NCBI GenBank assembly: GCA_905178155.1
Contig: CAJINV010000011.1
Location: 3,133,144 to 3,197,143 of the forward strand
Length of the DNA stretch: 64,000 nt
Reading direction: 5' to 3'
From: Amoebophrya sp. A120
Taxonomy: Eukaryota > Protista > Dinoflagellata
Part shown: piece after piece, positions 19,954 to 32,878 of the stretch
Layout: every line of letters starts with the position of its first letter
Position numbering within the stretch: position 1 is the first letter of the stretch
Notes under the pieces: generated by a model
The model's input: only the letters and a program-made list of their open reading frames with translations
Told to the model about the DNA's origin: nothing
The model's database searches: none
Translations under genes and position numbers: made by a program

Positions 19954-20976
19954 CTATGGTGTTGGTGCGTTTATTTCTACCACATCATTATACACCTCCG
20001 ATAAATCTAGAAGTTGTACGTCCTTATCCGCGAAATTTCTTCGGTTCAAAGATTTCATTTCCAAAACGGTTTTGAACTTTGGAAACCGTCCGGCGGTTCG
20101 AAGCTCCTGTGCCTTCTGACGGTTTACCTTTCCACTTTTTAACAACAGTTCCTCCACATACCCGCTGTAAGGCTCTTTCGACAGATCCACCGGACCGAAA
20201 TTCCGGTTGTGCGGCTCCAGGTTGCACCCGATGTGCTTGTGGTTCAACACCGAAGGGTCGTAGCACGAGGTGCCGATGGAAATGATGTACTTGAATGTCA
20301 GCGGTGGCTGCAAAACGTTGTAAAGCCATTTCTTCACCAGTGCTCGCTCCGGTAATATGTTCAAAGTGTCGAAGGTCATCACCATGTCGAAATTTTCGTT
20401 TTTCGGAAACACCTCCGGGTCCGTCACGTCGCCGACTCGGAAATCCAGTGTGGCATTCTTGTCATGCAGCAGTTCCTTCCACAAATTGCAGTGTTGGCAG
20501 AAGTAGCTGCGTTGTGTCAGATTCCTCTTCGCGTCTTCAATTCGGCCGTTTGTCGACTGGATCATGGCGGCGTCTAAATCCACGGCGAAAATCCGCACGT
20601 TTTGCGGCCAGTCGACGAACAGCTGCCAGCTGGTGGGCCAGTGCCCGCACCCGCTATCCACGACAGAGCGGATCTTTTTTTCCTTTATGAACGCGTTTAG
20701 CCAGGTACGGAGGCGTTGATTCACCTTCGGGTCCGACTCCTGGCCCCACAGGGCGCTGGTGATGAGGTTGTGTCGCGAGGATTTGAACCACGGAAGGTGG
20801 TGCGCGTAGTTGTGTTCTTGTTCATACACGCTCCAGAACTGCTCTGCTTCTTTCCCACAGAAGGTAGAACTGTGGCACTCGCTGCTCATGCGCGCGCGCA
20901 AGTGCGCGGGGTCGGCAATGGAAAGGGTCGGGAGGACGAAGAGGCGTAGCACTGGAGAGTTGAAATTGTGCCACAT
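19954..20976 (-). CDS. Class I SAM-dependent methyltransferase-like protein, single exon, possible signal peptide
   Basis: Motif I IRSVVDSGCGHW, then IFAVDLD, FRVGDV and FDMVMTFDTL. Hydrophobic N-terminus. Confidence 0.75.
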   Translation of the reverse strand: MWHNFNSPVLRLFVLPTLSIADPAHLRARMSSECHSSTFCGKEAEQFWSVYEQEHNYAHHLPWFKSSRHNLITSALWGQESDPKVNQRLRTWLNAFIKEKKIRSVVDSGCGHWPTSWQLFVDWPQNVRIFAVDLDAAMIQSTNGRIEDAKRNLTQRSYFCQHCNLWKELLHDKNATLDFRVGDVTDPEVFPKNENFDMVMTFDTLNILPERALVKKWLYNVLQPPLTFKYIISIGTSCYDPSVLNHKHIGCNLEPHNRNFGPVDLSKEPYSGYVEELLLKSGKVNRQKAQELRTAGRFPKFKTVLEMKSLNRRNFADKDVQLLDLSEVYNDVVEINAPTP

Positions 20977-21604
20977 TGAACCACTCAGAGGCTTGGTGAG
21001 GTGCGCGACTGCACGCTGCAGCTTGCTAAGCTCTCATCTCCTATTCAATAGAAAGCATACTAACTTACCCTCTTCGGTACGCGATTCGATTAGGACAGAC
21101 AAAAATACTTTGAAAAGACACAACTGAAAGCACTGTAAATCGGTCGTAGGTTGCCAACCTCCTGGAGTCAAGGGCTATCTCTCAATTTCAGCACGAAATA
21201 AAGCACAAAACCCATGGTGAAACACGCACCGCAACCACACCTAAGGCTAGCGATGCGCATGACTGTATGAGTCGCAACCACACCTAAGGCTTTAGCTTGA
21301 CCGCCTCGAACACGCTCTGCCACTTCTCCGTTTCTGGATTGAACTTTTCCTGCAGTTCCTGCTTCAATGCCTCTACTCATTATGATGGTACGGGGTCAGA
21401 ATTACAAGCAAAGAATGTCAGAAACATTGGATGCGCAGAAGATGTAGTTCCGTTCATTTTGGGTCAGCCAGAGAAAATTGAATAAATGCTTTTCATACAA
21501 TTGGGAGATTGCAATGGGGAAAGAGCTAGTTGTACAACAGTCAATCATACAAAGCGGAGACAAGCTTCTTTTGATACATTCCCCCACAGGAGGACACCAC
21601 GCCT

Positions 21605-23990
21605 TTACGCCTTGAGCACCACGGTCACGTAGTCCTTCGCGCGGGCGCAGAGCCAGCCGTTCCCGTTGCACTCCCGGTTCAGCTCGCCGTAGTGTCGGCG
21701 CTTCACCTGGTAGAACACCCAACCGCCGTCCAGCACAATCTGCCCCGCGCACAACACACTTTCGCCCACCTTGAACGCGGGGCCGGTCACGATGCAGCAA
21801 TCCGCGAGCGTCGGGCCGGACCGGGCGCGAAGCGGGACCGCCGATTTAGGCTGCACGATTTTCCGAATCATGCTGTTGAAAATCTGGATGGGCATCAAGT
21901 CCGGAACCGACTTCCAGGCGTCCGACTGCTGCGCGGAGGCGAGCGTCATGTTCACGAACGCGAGCGACATCTCCTTGTGCAGGGTCTTACTGCTGTTCTT
22001 GTCGCCCGTGTGAATGCCCAACCTGGTTGCCTCGTGGTGCCACGCGCGCCGGTCCCACAGTGTCCAGCCCTTCACACCCGGCATGCCGTTCGAGAGGCAG
22101 ACCTGTGAAAACAAACAAGGGTTGGCACAGTCAAATCATCTGTATCTGTAAAAAGCAGTAAAACTAAAAGCAACGCATCAAATAAAAGCAACGCATGCAA
22201 AGAAATATGATAATGTCGTCTCGCAGCACCGACCAAGCAGAAAAGAAAACCGTCCTTATCTATACCCAGTGACACAGCGGCTCCCCATACACCGGCTCTA
22301 TTCCGATCTGTTGCCACATCGTCCCCGGTGCAGCTTTCACAACGTTTCCGCCCGACGTCGCGTGCTCGAACCCCGGCTGCTCCCGTAGTGTCACGCTCGA
22401 GTCTGCTGTTATTGCGAAAAACAGCGGTGGTTGGGTCAAATCTTGCACAAACGCGGTTTCTTCCAGCGAAGAGGCCCACAGCTGAATCGGCTTCAGCTCG
22501 TTTTCCTGCTGTTTTTTGCGCAAGAAGACGTAATCCTCTTCGGTGGGTTTCAGCAATTCCCGCATAAATGTCTGGTCATCCTCGAGGAAAGATTGTTTCT
22601 CCGCGGCCTTCTGCGTCGCCGTGTCGAAAACCTTGGCCGCCAATTTCTTCTTGCTGTTCTTCCCCGCAGTTTGTATTTTCTGCGGACTCCCGGCCTCGCT
22701 ACCGGTGCCCTCGGCGTCCTCGGTGCTGTTACATTTGTGCGCTTGTTCAACAGTGTTGCAGCCTGAGAAGCAAAGACTGCAGAACCAAGGAGAAGAACAG
22801 GCTCCAGAAACAACCCCTGACATCAAAAAAAAAGTTTTATCATACTTGTTCCAAATGCTCTCTGTTTTCTTGACTCCGATGTAGTCGAAGGGTATTTTCC
22901 CCGTCTCGTCCCTTTGCAACTTATCCGCACCGTGCCTGACCAACACTTCCGCGCACATCGGTCGGTTCCAGATCACGCATTTTTTAAGCGGATGCTGCAC
23001 CTGCGGGTTGGCCTTGCAGGTTAACAGCAAATCTGCGATCCGGTGGTCGTCGTGCATGCAGGCCCAGAGCAGCGGCGTGAAATTGTTCCGGGGGTCGACG
23101 TAGTTGACCACTTCGAAGAGCGTGTCGTCGTAGGTGTGGAACGACTTCTCGTTGTTGGACAGCATCCGGGTTTGCATGAAGAACGTCCGGCCGCCCGGGG
23201 CTTCGGGGTCGCGGACCCGATCGACTTGCTGGATGGTGTCCAGAATGCGGATATCAAATGCAAAAGTATCGCACTCGTACGAATGGCAGCCCAGCCTGAC
23301 AAATCTGGTTTCATCTCGTTCAATTTAGCATTACAAATTCCAACATTTTTCCTTCTGGAGAAATTTGTATATGCTGTTCCTACTAGTACGATGCTCTTGC
23401 AATGCATAACGGACGCACTTGTTAAACTCCCCGCCCCTCACCGTGTCGAGGAACTCGACGCAGAAGTCGACGAAACGCTTTCTCGTCGCAAAGTCGGAAA
23501 TCTGCTTCTGCTTCTCCTCGTAGAGCCGCTGTCTTCTGGTCTTCACCTCGAACGGTTTATCCGCCGTTGCCTCTTCCGCCGTCGCCGGGCCCTCGGGACT
23601 GGGCGGCTCGGCGGGGGGCTTTTGGGGGAGCGCGACCTGGGCCGCAGCGAGATCCACGCCGGTTTGCTGCTGGATGCCGGCGATCTGGGTGTGAGAAGAA
23701 GTAGGAGAATCGTCAATACGGAACTTTGTGTCGAAAAAAAAGTCAAGTGATGCCTCCCATAGGCTAGGTTGAGTAACAAGTGTATAAAAACCAACCAATC
23801 ATACCGCCGAGTCCACGCGCTGCAAAGCCGGTACCGAAGCGGAGTCGACCATACTTGGTGGCTTGCCCGGCTCCGTTTCCGGCGGGGCCGGGCCGGCTGC
23901 TTTCGCAGCGGTTGGGGAAGTTTCTGGGGACACTGCGGAAGGAGAGCTCACTGCTACGGGTGCGGAGAGACCGGCTGATATTGTGTGGAA
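21605..23990 (-). CDS. Ankyrin-repeat protein with two possible SH3-like C-terminal domains (5' end approximate)
   Basis: FTPLLWACMHDDHRIADLLLTCKANP and CAEVLVRHGADKLQRDETGKIPFDY. GT-AG intron near 22103-22264 joins HW|VCLSNG. Introner at 23252 joins KCVR|ILDT. Confidence 0.75.
23252..23408. mobile_element. Introner family 3, 157 bp
   Basis: tatcaaatgcaaaagtatcgcact...agtacgatgctcttgcaatgcata, TSD gcgga/acgga. Frame restored on removal. Confidence 0.85.
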
Positions 23991-24093
23991 TTTTTCTTTT
24001 CAATGCGTGTAGTCCTCCGGAGAAGTTAGTACAACAACATTCATCATACAATGCAGAAATCAATGAGCGATTGATTTTTCAACTCTTTCTTCT

Positions 24094-24412
24094 TCAAATG
24101 TCAACGAAACTACTACACACAAGAAAATCAGTACGTCCCCTCCTCATTGTTTGCACCAAACCGAAATTCGGGGCCATCGCAGCCATGGGTCCGGGGGCGC
24201 GGACACGGTGAGACTCCTCGGCTCTGTGCCCACCGCGATCTCCCATCATGGATTTCAGGTGCTCATAATCCTCTCGGCCCATGCCGGTCGTCGTCCCCAC
24301 CTCATTGTCCGGCCGGGAAAAATCCTTCCGGTGGTGGTCCTTCGTGGCCGCGATCGGAAACGCCCGCATATTCGACATGGTGGGCGAAGATGGATTGGGC
24401 TCGTCAAGAAAC
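24094..24412 (-). CDS. Probable terminal exon, gene assignment uncertain
   Basis: Open frame FLDEPNPSSPTMSNMRAFP... preceded by a pyrimidine tract and TAG acceptor. Confidence 0.35.
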
Positions 24413-25268
24413 TAGTACAACAGGGCGGGGAATAAAGTACTCCAGAATGCTTCCGCAGTAACGGAGCTCCTTCCCTTGATTGTCTGTGTTGCTGCGCTCT
24501 AGGACCGGAGTACAAGTGGCGCTGACGTATGCCAGAAGTGTTGCGATGGCCCTCGACGGTCCTAGCCAATCAGACCTGCGCTAGCGGCGGAGCACCTGAT
24601 GCGTAGCTTGTTCTGGTTCTGACATTCTATTGGTGCTGGATGCAATGAAAATGCCCAAGGCTGCGAAAACAGCGAAAAGTCAGCAGGCCCTTGGGTGAGA
24701 GAAAGCAACTTCGGCCTTCCTGCAAAACAGAGCCTCTTCAACAAAAACACTATATTGCACTTCTCTCGTCCCGGACAGCTAGGTACTTGGTTTTCTAGTT
24801 GTTAAATGGGAGCTTTTCGGAATAGAAGTTGAGGTCCTGTAAATAGTTTAGACGGAACGAAACCACGAGTTCTACTCTCTTCCTCATCAACTCCGCAGCA
24901 GCGCGAACTCTCGCTAACCCTGGATGAGAATGACAGTCTCGCATTTCAAAGCTCAAGCACTAAGTTCTTCGACTTTCTTATCTCAGTCGCTTTCTCCAAG
25001 TATCTCGCTCAACGGAACAAGAACGACCACCTTGTCTCGGTGAAAATGATTGATGGCCAATCGCAGGCTAAAAGCATACCTGCCAACTTCGAAAACCACA
25101 ACTGAAAAGATACAAGCAATTTCAATCTGTGCACATGCATGCTAGCGCGGAGTAGAAGTTTGCAGAAGTAAAACATTTCAGAAACAAGTGACATTATACA
25201 AATCTCGAATTCAAGAAGTTTAGGAAATGAGTACGCCTATGCTAAAGAACATCGTGAGTGCATTATCT

Positions 25269-27910
25269 CTACCGCACCGGCCGATTGATGTCAGAAACAT
25301 CCTCCCACCGCTTGTGCGTCCTGAATCTTTCCAAAAGCGCATTCTTCGGAACTCGCGGACTTGCTCCGTCAATGTCCTTTGTCAGCAAATTATCGACCGT
25401 ATTCACGCCCTTGCGTTCGTAGAAGAGCTTCCTTGGTGAATTCAGCGCGATCGGGCCTATCTCATATTGCAGCCGGCTGCTGTTATTGATGCTGCCACCT
25501 TCTGTTGCAGCTCCTACGTGGTTAATATTCCTGTTGCTAGTATAAGTACCCACACTGCTCGGGGGCGCAGTTGCTTGCTGCTGAAGTAGATCTACAGGAT
25601 GCTGCTTATCGGAATTCTCCGATAAGCCTATCGGAATTCTCCCGGTCAATTTTGCCCTGCCTTCCAACTCGTCGTAGATCGTCTTTCCACCTATAATATT
25701 CTGTGCAAAAGCATCGTACTCGTAGTAATTGCTATCATGCATTACAAATTTTTTCTCTCAAGGTAAATCCGCATGAGAAATTTTATTTCTCATGCTGAGG
25801 GAATTTGTCATGCATTGATACGAGTACGATACTTTTGCACGGCATATACAATCGCGTGGGTGCGCGGCTGTTTGCTGTGATACGCTCCGAGAGCGTCAAA
25901 TCCGTATCCCTTATTCCTACCAGAGAAGGGGGAGTCCGAGTTTTCCGTCAACAATGTGTTCGTGTTGTACTCGGTTAAATCTCTTCCGTCTTTCTTCATC
26001 GGCTGCGGATCGTGGCCGATAGACAACAAATTGCTCCGCAAGCTGGTCGAATGAACGTTATCCACTTGCTGGTGGGCAAAAACCGGACCCTTTTCGATGT
26101 ATTCTTTGTGTTTCTGCTTTTCCATTCTACTTCTTTCCTCATCTTCGAGAAACAGGTGCTGAAACACGTCGCCATCCGTCTCTTCAAACCGCCTACTCGT
26201 CCACTTCTCCGGCGGGTCTTGCGGCTGACAACGCGGGTCATTTTTCCTGTTGGAAGCGATGATGCTGTCTTGATTCATACTGTTGTTACCGGGATTTTTT
26301 GTTGCTGGCGCTGGTGTTCTGCTGGTACTAAAATTAGTTGTATTCCCGCCACCGCCCTCCACAAAGTCGTCCAAATGCAGCGCCCTCACCCGCGCGCTCC
26401 GTCGTGGCGACACCGAATTGCTCTGCGTGTCATTCACTTGGGATCGGTCGTGGTTGGAAAAAACCTCCGCGTGCCACTGCCGGTTCTCTGTGTCCAAAAC
26501 CGCTTGCCGCTTGCCGCGGCTGGTGTAGTACTCCTCGTTGGAGTTGCCGGAACGCCGCTCGCGGTCGCGCCTGGAAGGAGTTATATCAGCACCCGACTCC
26601 ACTCCTTCATTCAACCTCGACTCGTAATCTTCTCGTGACACCACCGATTCTAAATGCGGTTGCTGCGATCCCATCGAAACACTCCTTTCGTACTCGCTCC
26701 ACTTGCCGGTTTTGTTCTGACGCCAGACGGTTTCCGCGACGAGCGGGTTGTCCTCGTAGTTCATACCTGACAAAACACAACTACTGGCCGGTTTGCTGAA
26801 CGATTTCACGTACTGCGGAGTTCTACCGCCCGGGGAGAGTTGCGCCGAACTTCTCGGCGTCACTGAACTGCTGTTAATATTTGCGGAAATAGTGGAACCA
26901 GGTCCCGCATGAGGATGATCCGTTGGTCTATCACAACCGTTGTGTAAATTCCCGATGTTCACGTTGCAGTGAGACGTTAGATTTCCGTCCGGATTCAAAT
27001 CACTCTCCCCCATCTGCTTCCGACTGCTCGACTCAAAAACCGGAATCCCTCCCCGGACGTATTGCTCCAAGATCTCCGGGTCCGGCCCGCCCATCGTGTA
27101 TTTTGGCGTCAAGGGGTTTCGGTTCGACCGCGGTGTTTTCCTGGGTGTACTACCGGGGATAACTGCTTGTGTTTGCTTCAAGTGATCCTGGACCGTTTCC
27201 TCCGTGATGGGTTTGTGCACCCTGCGGAAGTAGTTCGGAGTCGCGTACGGAATGGACAGTAACTCCTGTGGCACCTGGCGGAGAATTTCGATCTTCTTTT
27301 TCTCGTCCAGTTTCCCATCTGGCTTCGTCGACTGCCGGTATGGGGGTACCTCCGGCGCCGGTTCGTGGGAAGTCGCAAGCTTGTACTGCGGGTTCAGAGG
27401 GTTCAAGGGGGCTGTTTATGTGGTGGGTTTGCAGTAGTGTTGAAATGCGATAGAAAAAAACATAGATGTCGTGTTACTCGATCTAAAACTCATTTCCGAG
27501 TGAGGATGAGCATCACAAATAATAATTTAGCACAATCACAAGCAAAAAACAAAGACAATACGTCCCCTCGTTAAATCGTATCGTCTCCACAGTGGGTCCT
27601 TTTTCGGCTGCGCAAATTCTACGTCCTTTGTGTACAGCGAAGACGCCGGCGGCCGGTTTCTCGTCAGGTCATGTTTCGTCGGCTGCAGCTCCTTCGGGTC
27701 CCAGGGTGCCCGCGTCGCTGCGGTTTGGTAGAACTTGATCTTAGGCCTCGCGCCCTGAACGTCGTCGGTGCGCAGGTTATCGGACTCTTGTCGTGTCTTC
27801 GTGTGGAACTTCAACCCGTAGTCCTCCCGCGCGTCGATGGTCCGCAATGACATCGTCTCCCCCGCCGTGCGAATCGGCGTGCGGGGGGAGGGCGTGACGT
27901 GAGATGCCAT
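25269..27910 (-). CDS. Hypothetical protein with D(I/V)xGAxP and NPLxPxY motifs
   Basis: LRTDDVQGARPK, LYTKDVEFAQPK, LTKDIDGASPR, NPLNPQYKL and NPLTPKYTM in three ORFs. The last two ORFs join in frame across the introner at 25697. Confidence 0.7.
25697..25846. mobile_element. Introner family 3, 150 bp
   Basis: TIR gtgcaaaagcatcgtactcgta/tacgagtacgatacttttgcac, TSD tataa/tacaa. Removal gives HAI(V/I)GGKTIY. Confidence 0.85.
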
Positions 27911-28845
27911 TTGTTTCTTTTTGGCTGCTGAGCCGGTTGTCTTTTTCTGTTGTATTTTCTTATTGTAGAAACACACGACGCACTTGCGTTCAATGGTCCG
28001 CGATAGGGTAGTTAAATAACATGCCAACGCCTACGATTCAGGACGAGACTAAAACTTCCGCGCGCCAGAAAGGGCTCGGGGAGCGGTGCCTATGTTTCTA
28101 TCAAGAAACGGGACACTAGTGCCTGTCCTGCGAGCAGCAGCGATGAAAGGACGACATTGACAATTGAAAAAACGAATCAGGGAAAAAAAAAGGGCGAAAA
28201 AAAGTGCAGACACAAGAACGAGATGACACTTCAGCTTCACGACCAGCTGGTGATAAGATATGGACGACTGGACGAACGGACACGAAGTTTTGGACGAAGA
28301 AAAAAAGTAGATACGAGTACGACAGAAGACACGAATAGAGAAATAAATTGCGTACGACTTACACCAAGAAATTGATGAACAGAGGGCAAAAACCAATTGA
28401 TTCATGATCTGCCACCGAACAATTTCACGACCGCAAAAAGAAACTCCTGCGAAAGTTTCGTTGCTCTTCTTTTTTTCTTCCACCCCACCTTACTTTGAAG
28501 GCTAGACAACTGAAGGTAGTATTATAAATATCACTTCGACAAAGAAGGAGCCATCTTCTAGGAAAGTGCAGCCCTTATTCGTCGTCTGTGATTGTCGCTG
28601 CTTATCAAAAAATTTCTCTACGCTAAAACCTTGCCACGCGGATGTGAGGTAGAAAACCTCTTGACCACGGGGTCCTTTTGTTGATTTCACTTTTCTATAG
28701 GACTTGGTTCGAAAACCTTTTGTGTATGACAACGTTTTAGTTTTGGAATTCGGATTTGGAGGGTGTATCCTTTTCGACACCCTGAAAAACTTTAGAAAAG
28801 CAAGGAATACTAGCAAAATACTTATCACCCCTCTCACTGGTGATT

Positions 28846-31800
28846 TTAAATGTCCCCCAGCAGGCTCTTATCCAGATCCAAGAACTTCGGATCGGTAATC
28901 TTCCCCCGCAAGCAGCTCAGGATTTGCTGGAAGTACTCCTTCAATTCTTCCCGCGCATCGGCGTCCGCCATCCCGGCGGAGGTCCCTCCGGCCATCAAAG
29001 CCCGGCAGTGCTCCCGACATATCGTTAATAGCGTGTTGATTTGGAGCATGTTGATCTCCGGACAACCGTGCTGGTAGTAGTAGATGTAGTTGTCAAGAGT
29101 CTCGATGTATCAAAAGGAAAAATCCCCCCTCCCCATATTGAAAAGGCATGTTTCCGAAAATTTGTGTTGCTGATTTGAGGTCACAAATCGCATTTGTTTT
29201 GCAAGACGACAAGGGCAGAGGCTTCCGCCCCATTATGGAGGCGATTTGTCATGCTGTTGAGCCAACATCACGGACGCTTCTCATGCTAAGCGCCTAAGTC
29301 AAAGCATCTCTGCTCAGGCTTGATATGGGTCTGCAGTCCTCTCTAGCAAGACAGATGTGATTTGTGTACTCACATACAGCAACACAAATTCCGCTTTCGA
29401 TATGGGGAGGGGGGATTTTTCCTCACAATACGATGAACAGAATCACCATGTTCGGATTGGTGGAAACGCACTGCTCGGACACGCGCACGCATTTTATTAC
29501 AGTGAAAAGTGCCCCCCACCCCCAAAGTCGCAAAGATTTGTGATGCGAAGTTTCCAAATGGAAACTTTTTGTCATGCATGAAAGGAATACGAATCTTTCT
29601 GATGCAGATTCTACTTGTGTTTCGCATCGCTTGCATGACAAGCACCGCTCTTGCCGGGATCTTTTGCAATACAAATTTTTGCTATTCACGATCGGAAATC
29701 TGTGATGCTGATACATGCAAGAAGGCGAATGTTTCATTTGGAAAGGTTTGCAATACAAATGCTTTCAAGTTCGGGGATGGGGGCACTTTTCATTGCAATA
29801 CATTTCTGGAGGCATTCCTGCACTTTGGTGCCGGTTTGCCGGCACTTGTTCCAGAAGAGGTGGGAGCAGATGTTGATGGCCTTCACCTGTGTCGTTGGGT
29901 ATTAGAGACGGATTTTTTGTAAGACATAGTGGATAGAGAATATTGTGGTGTGAATAGCATGCAAGCATGATACTCATCCTTTTCGTTTCCAAGACAGTTG
30001 TTTTGTTCGCATGACTTCAAAATCGCGCACTAATAAGTACCTGCTGTGGCTTCTTGAGCAGCTTCGCCCCATATTGCGTCACTTTTGCTGCGAATCCGTC
30101 GTAGACAGCTTCTTCCAAGCAAGACAGGTTCTCCAGCACGCCGACGAAGAGATTTATGCAGCGGAACTGCCCCCGCGACTCCTGTATGTCCTCCTCGAAA
30201 ACCGCTAGACTCTGTTCTACAAATTCTGCGCAGATCTCCGCAAAGGCACCGGACCCCTGGTCGATGGCGTTCGCTATGCTCGCGGACTTCAGCCATATTT
30301 GCACCGCGGTTTCCGAGGCATTGCCGTTCAAGCCGGAGGAAAGGGTCTTGTGCACGAAAAGGAAGAATTTCTTTGAACTGATCTCTGGTATTTTGTAAGG
30401 GACTTGCGTGACGGGGTCCACCACACCGTTTTGCGCGGCAAGCTCACGAAGCCGGATTCGGGGAAGCAGGTCGAGGATTTTGTACCTGATAGAGTGTTTT
30501 TCCAAGATCATCATACGAACTACCCATGGTGACTGGCACGAAGCAGGTACATAATTTCATCGCTGAAATCAATGCTGGATCTAGAAACTGAAACCCAAAG
30601 CAAAAGAAAGCAAAGTAGAAATGCCGTATCTAATACAGCAACGTCGGCAGCGTGAACGCGAGTCGCTTTGGGCCGCCTGGTCCGAAGAAGCTTCTCAGCA
30701 CCGTGTAGAAAGCGAAGAGTCTGTCCGTATCCTGGTGTTCTATTTGGTGCACCAGTTTACACACCAGCTCCTGTTCGGTAGCGAATTCCTCTTCTTCTGG
30801 TACCGCTCCCGAATTACTCGATAATTGGCTACTTCGTGGGTTGTTCGGGTTGGCCGGTGTTCCACCTTGCTCTGGATCGTCTTGTAACAACGGAGTCAAC
30901 AACCGCAGCAGCCTCTTCAGGTCGTCCTCGTTTGTCAGCCGGATGTCGTTGTCCAGGACGATCTTCAGTAATCCCAGTGACACCTTCTTTCTCCCCCCGA
31001 AGTGGAGCAATTGAAGCAAGTTTGCGTAGTGTTCCAAAGCGAAGACCTGCAATCCCAATGCTCTCACCGGTTCGGACAGAATTTCTACGACGGATTCCAC
31101 TGCGTGGTAATCTTCCAATTTCATCAAGGTCGACTCCTCGCTGTCGTACCCAAGGTGGCGAAGGAGAAGATTGACACAACTGGAAAGGATGATATCCACG
31201 TAGCGAATAGCGGGTAAAGGGGTGGAGACCGCTGCTGGTGCTGATGTGCCGCTCGTCGGACTGGAACTACTTGGCGGGGGTTTGGAGTAGAGGGTAAGGG
31301 TGAAGTTCATGAAGGCGACCTGATTTCAGCATTTGAAAAGGAAATGAACCTACACGTAGTGAGAACAAACACTTAGATGAAAAACCTGTTCATCTTGAGT
31401 CATCTTTTGATCGCCCATGCTGTTGCTCATGCTCATCCCTCAGAAACAAGAATTTCCATAATAGACTACCCCATAATAGATGTACCTGCAACTCCAGCAA
31501 CGGCCCGACTTCGAGCGTTTGCGTGGCGCCGGAAAATGGTGTCGCGGGCTTGTCGACAATTTGGGAGAGAAAATTGTTGAACAAACCGAAAATGTCAATG
31601 TCGTCGGGAATGGTGTCTTGGGAGTTCTGCACAAACCGGGCTAGCCGGTTCATCAGCGTGACCACCACCTGCTTGAGGTCCACGCCCGGTTGCACCTGTG
31701 TGCACGCGCCGAGGAGCTTTTCCAAAGTGTAAAGGTGATAGTCGTCGGGGAAAACCTGATAATTTTAGGATTGGATATGTGCTGTGTGGTGACTCTGATT

Positions 31801-32878
31801 TTTCAACCAAACAATCCTACAACGAGAACGACGCTCGTGTCTTTCGCAAACGTGGCGATCGAAAATCTCTCGGTTATACCTGGATAATGCAGTCCAGCAG
31901 GTACTGTTGCGCGATCGCGTCTTTCGTCTGGAGCAACTGCTCGACCAACTTTGGCAGCGCGTGGTCTCTGTAAAAATCCCAGGTCACGCCGTCCAGCTGA
32001 CTCAACCGCACGAGATTCGCGCCGACCAACGCGGACAAGTCCTGCCGCTCCTTTTCCCTCCTTGCCCGGTCCTTGCCCTGGGTCTGGATTCGGCACCACA
32101 GTCGCATGGACTCAAGAAAATTTCCGAGGATGAACTCGAACGCGTCGTGGATGCCGCACGTGGAGGTTTCGTACTCAGACCCGACGTCGGGGAGCTTGTT
32201 TTTCATCATTTGCGAGATGTAGTACCTGATATAGAAGATGCAAGTGTTGAAGCTTTTTGTCATGCTGAAATGCAGTGTCGCATGGTAAGCCAGATTCTGT
32301 ATGCCAGATTCGTACCGCTTCTACTTATAGTACCTCAAAAACAGCCCCCTCGTTGGATGCTGCACGCCCTTGCAGAGTTCCGATACATCTTTCAGAATCT
32401 CCCCGGCGCTCGCTTCCTTTGAACTAATGTAGCTGGCGCCGACGGTGACGAGAAGGTACAAGCGCGGCAGAATGTTCGCGGCGTGCTGTACGCTCTCGTA
32501 CAGGTCGCACATGCGCTTGTTGTGCCGCCTCGAGTCGGCAAAGAAACTGGCGAGAACTTGCAGCTCTTGAAAAACCTGAGGTGGGTTTCGTTTCGTTGAC
32601 TCATAGTCTTGCAATGGTATTCCTTCAAACTATAGGCCTCCATAATGCTCAATCGCATTACAACCATTCACAAAATTTCGCGGTCTTACCAGCATGTAAA
32701 GCTCGTAGTAATTTTTCGGGCTGAGCAAGCTGGTGCGGAGTTCGCAGATCAAGTTGCTCGCGTGCTTCAGGGCTTCCCTCAAGTTGTCGTTGTCAATGGC
32801 CCGTTTCATGTAGAACGCCTGCTCGCGGACGACGGCATTCGCCTCGTCGAGGAGGCGGTGCTGGTCCTCGAACTGCAT
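28846..32878 (-). CDS. VPS35: Vacuolar protein sorting-associated protein 35 (retromer), multi-exon
   Basis: [114 protein letters not shown] and [13 protein letters not shown]. Confidence 0.97.
29108..29430. mobile_element. Introner singleton in VPS35, 323 bp
   Basis: TIR aggaaaaatcccccctccccatat with a perfect inverse, TAT...ATA ends, TSD cgatg/cgatg. Removal gives the conserved VILFIETLDNY. Confidence 0.9.
29495..29800. mobile_element. Introner singleton in VPS35, 306 bp
   Basis: tattacagtgaaaagtgccccc...gggggcacttttcattgcaata, TSD cattt/cattt. Removal gives the conserved [13 protein letters not shown]. Confidence 0.9.

Noticed and set aside
28846-32878. VPS35 and other genes as frameshifted pseudogenes
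   Set aside because: The breaks I traced are explained by GT-AG introns or TIR elements with exact frame restoration. Not every junction was traced.
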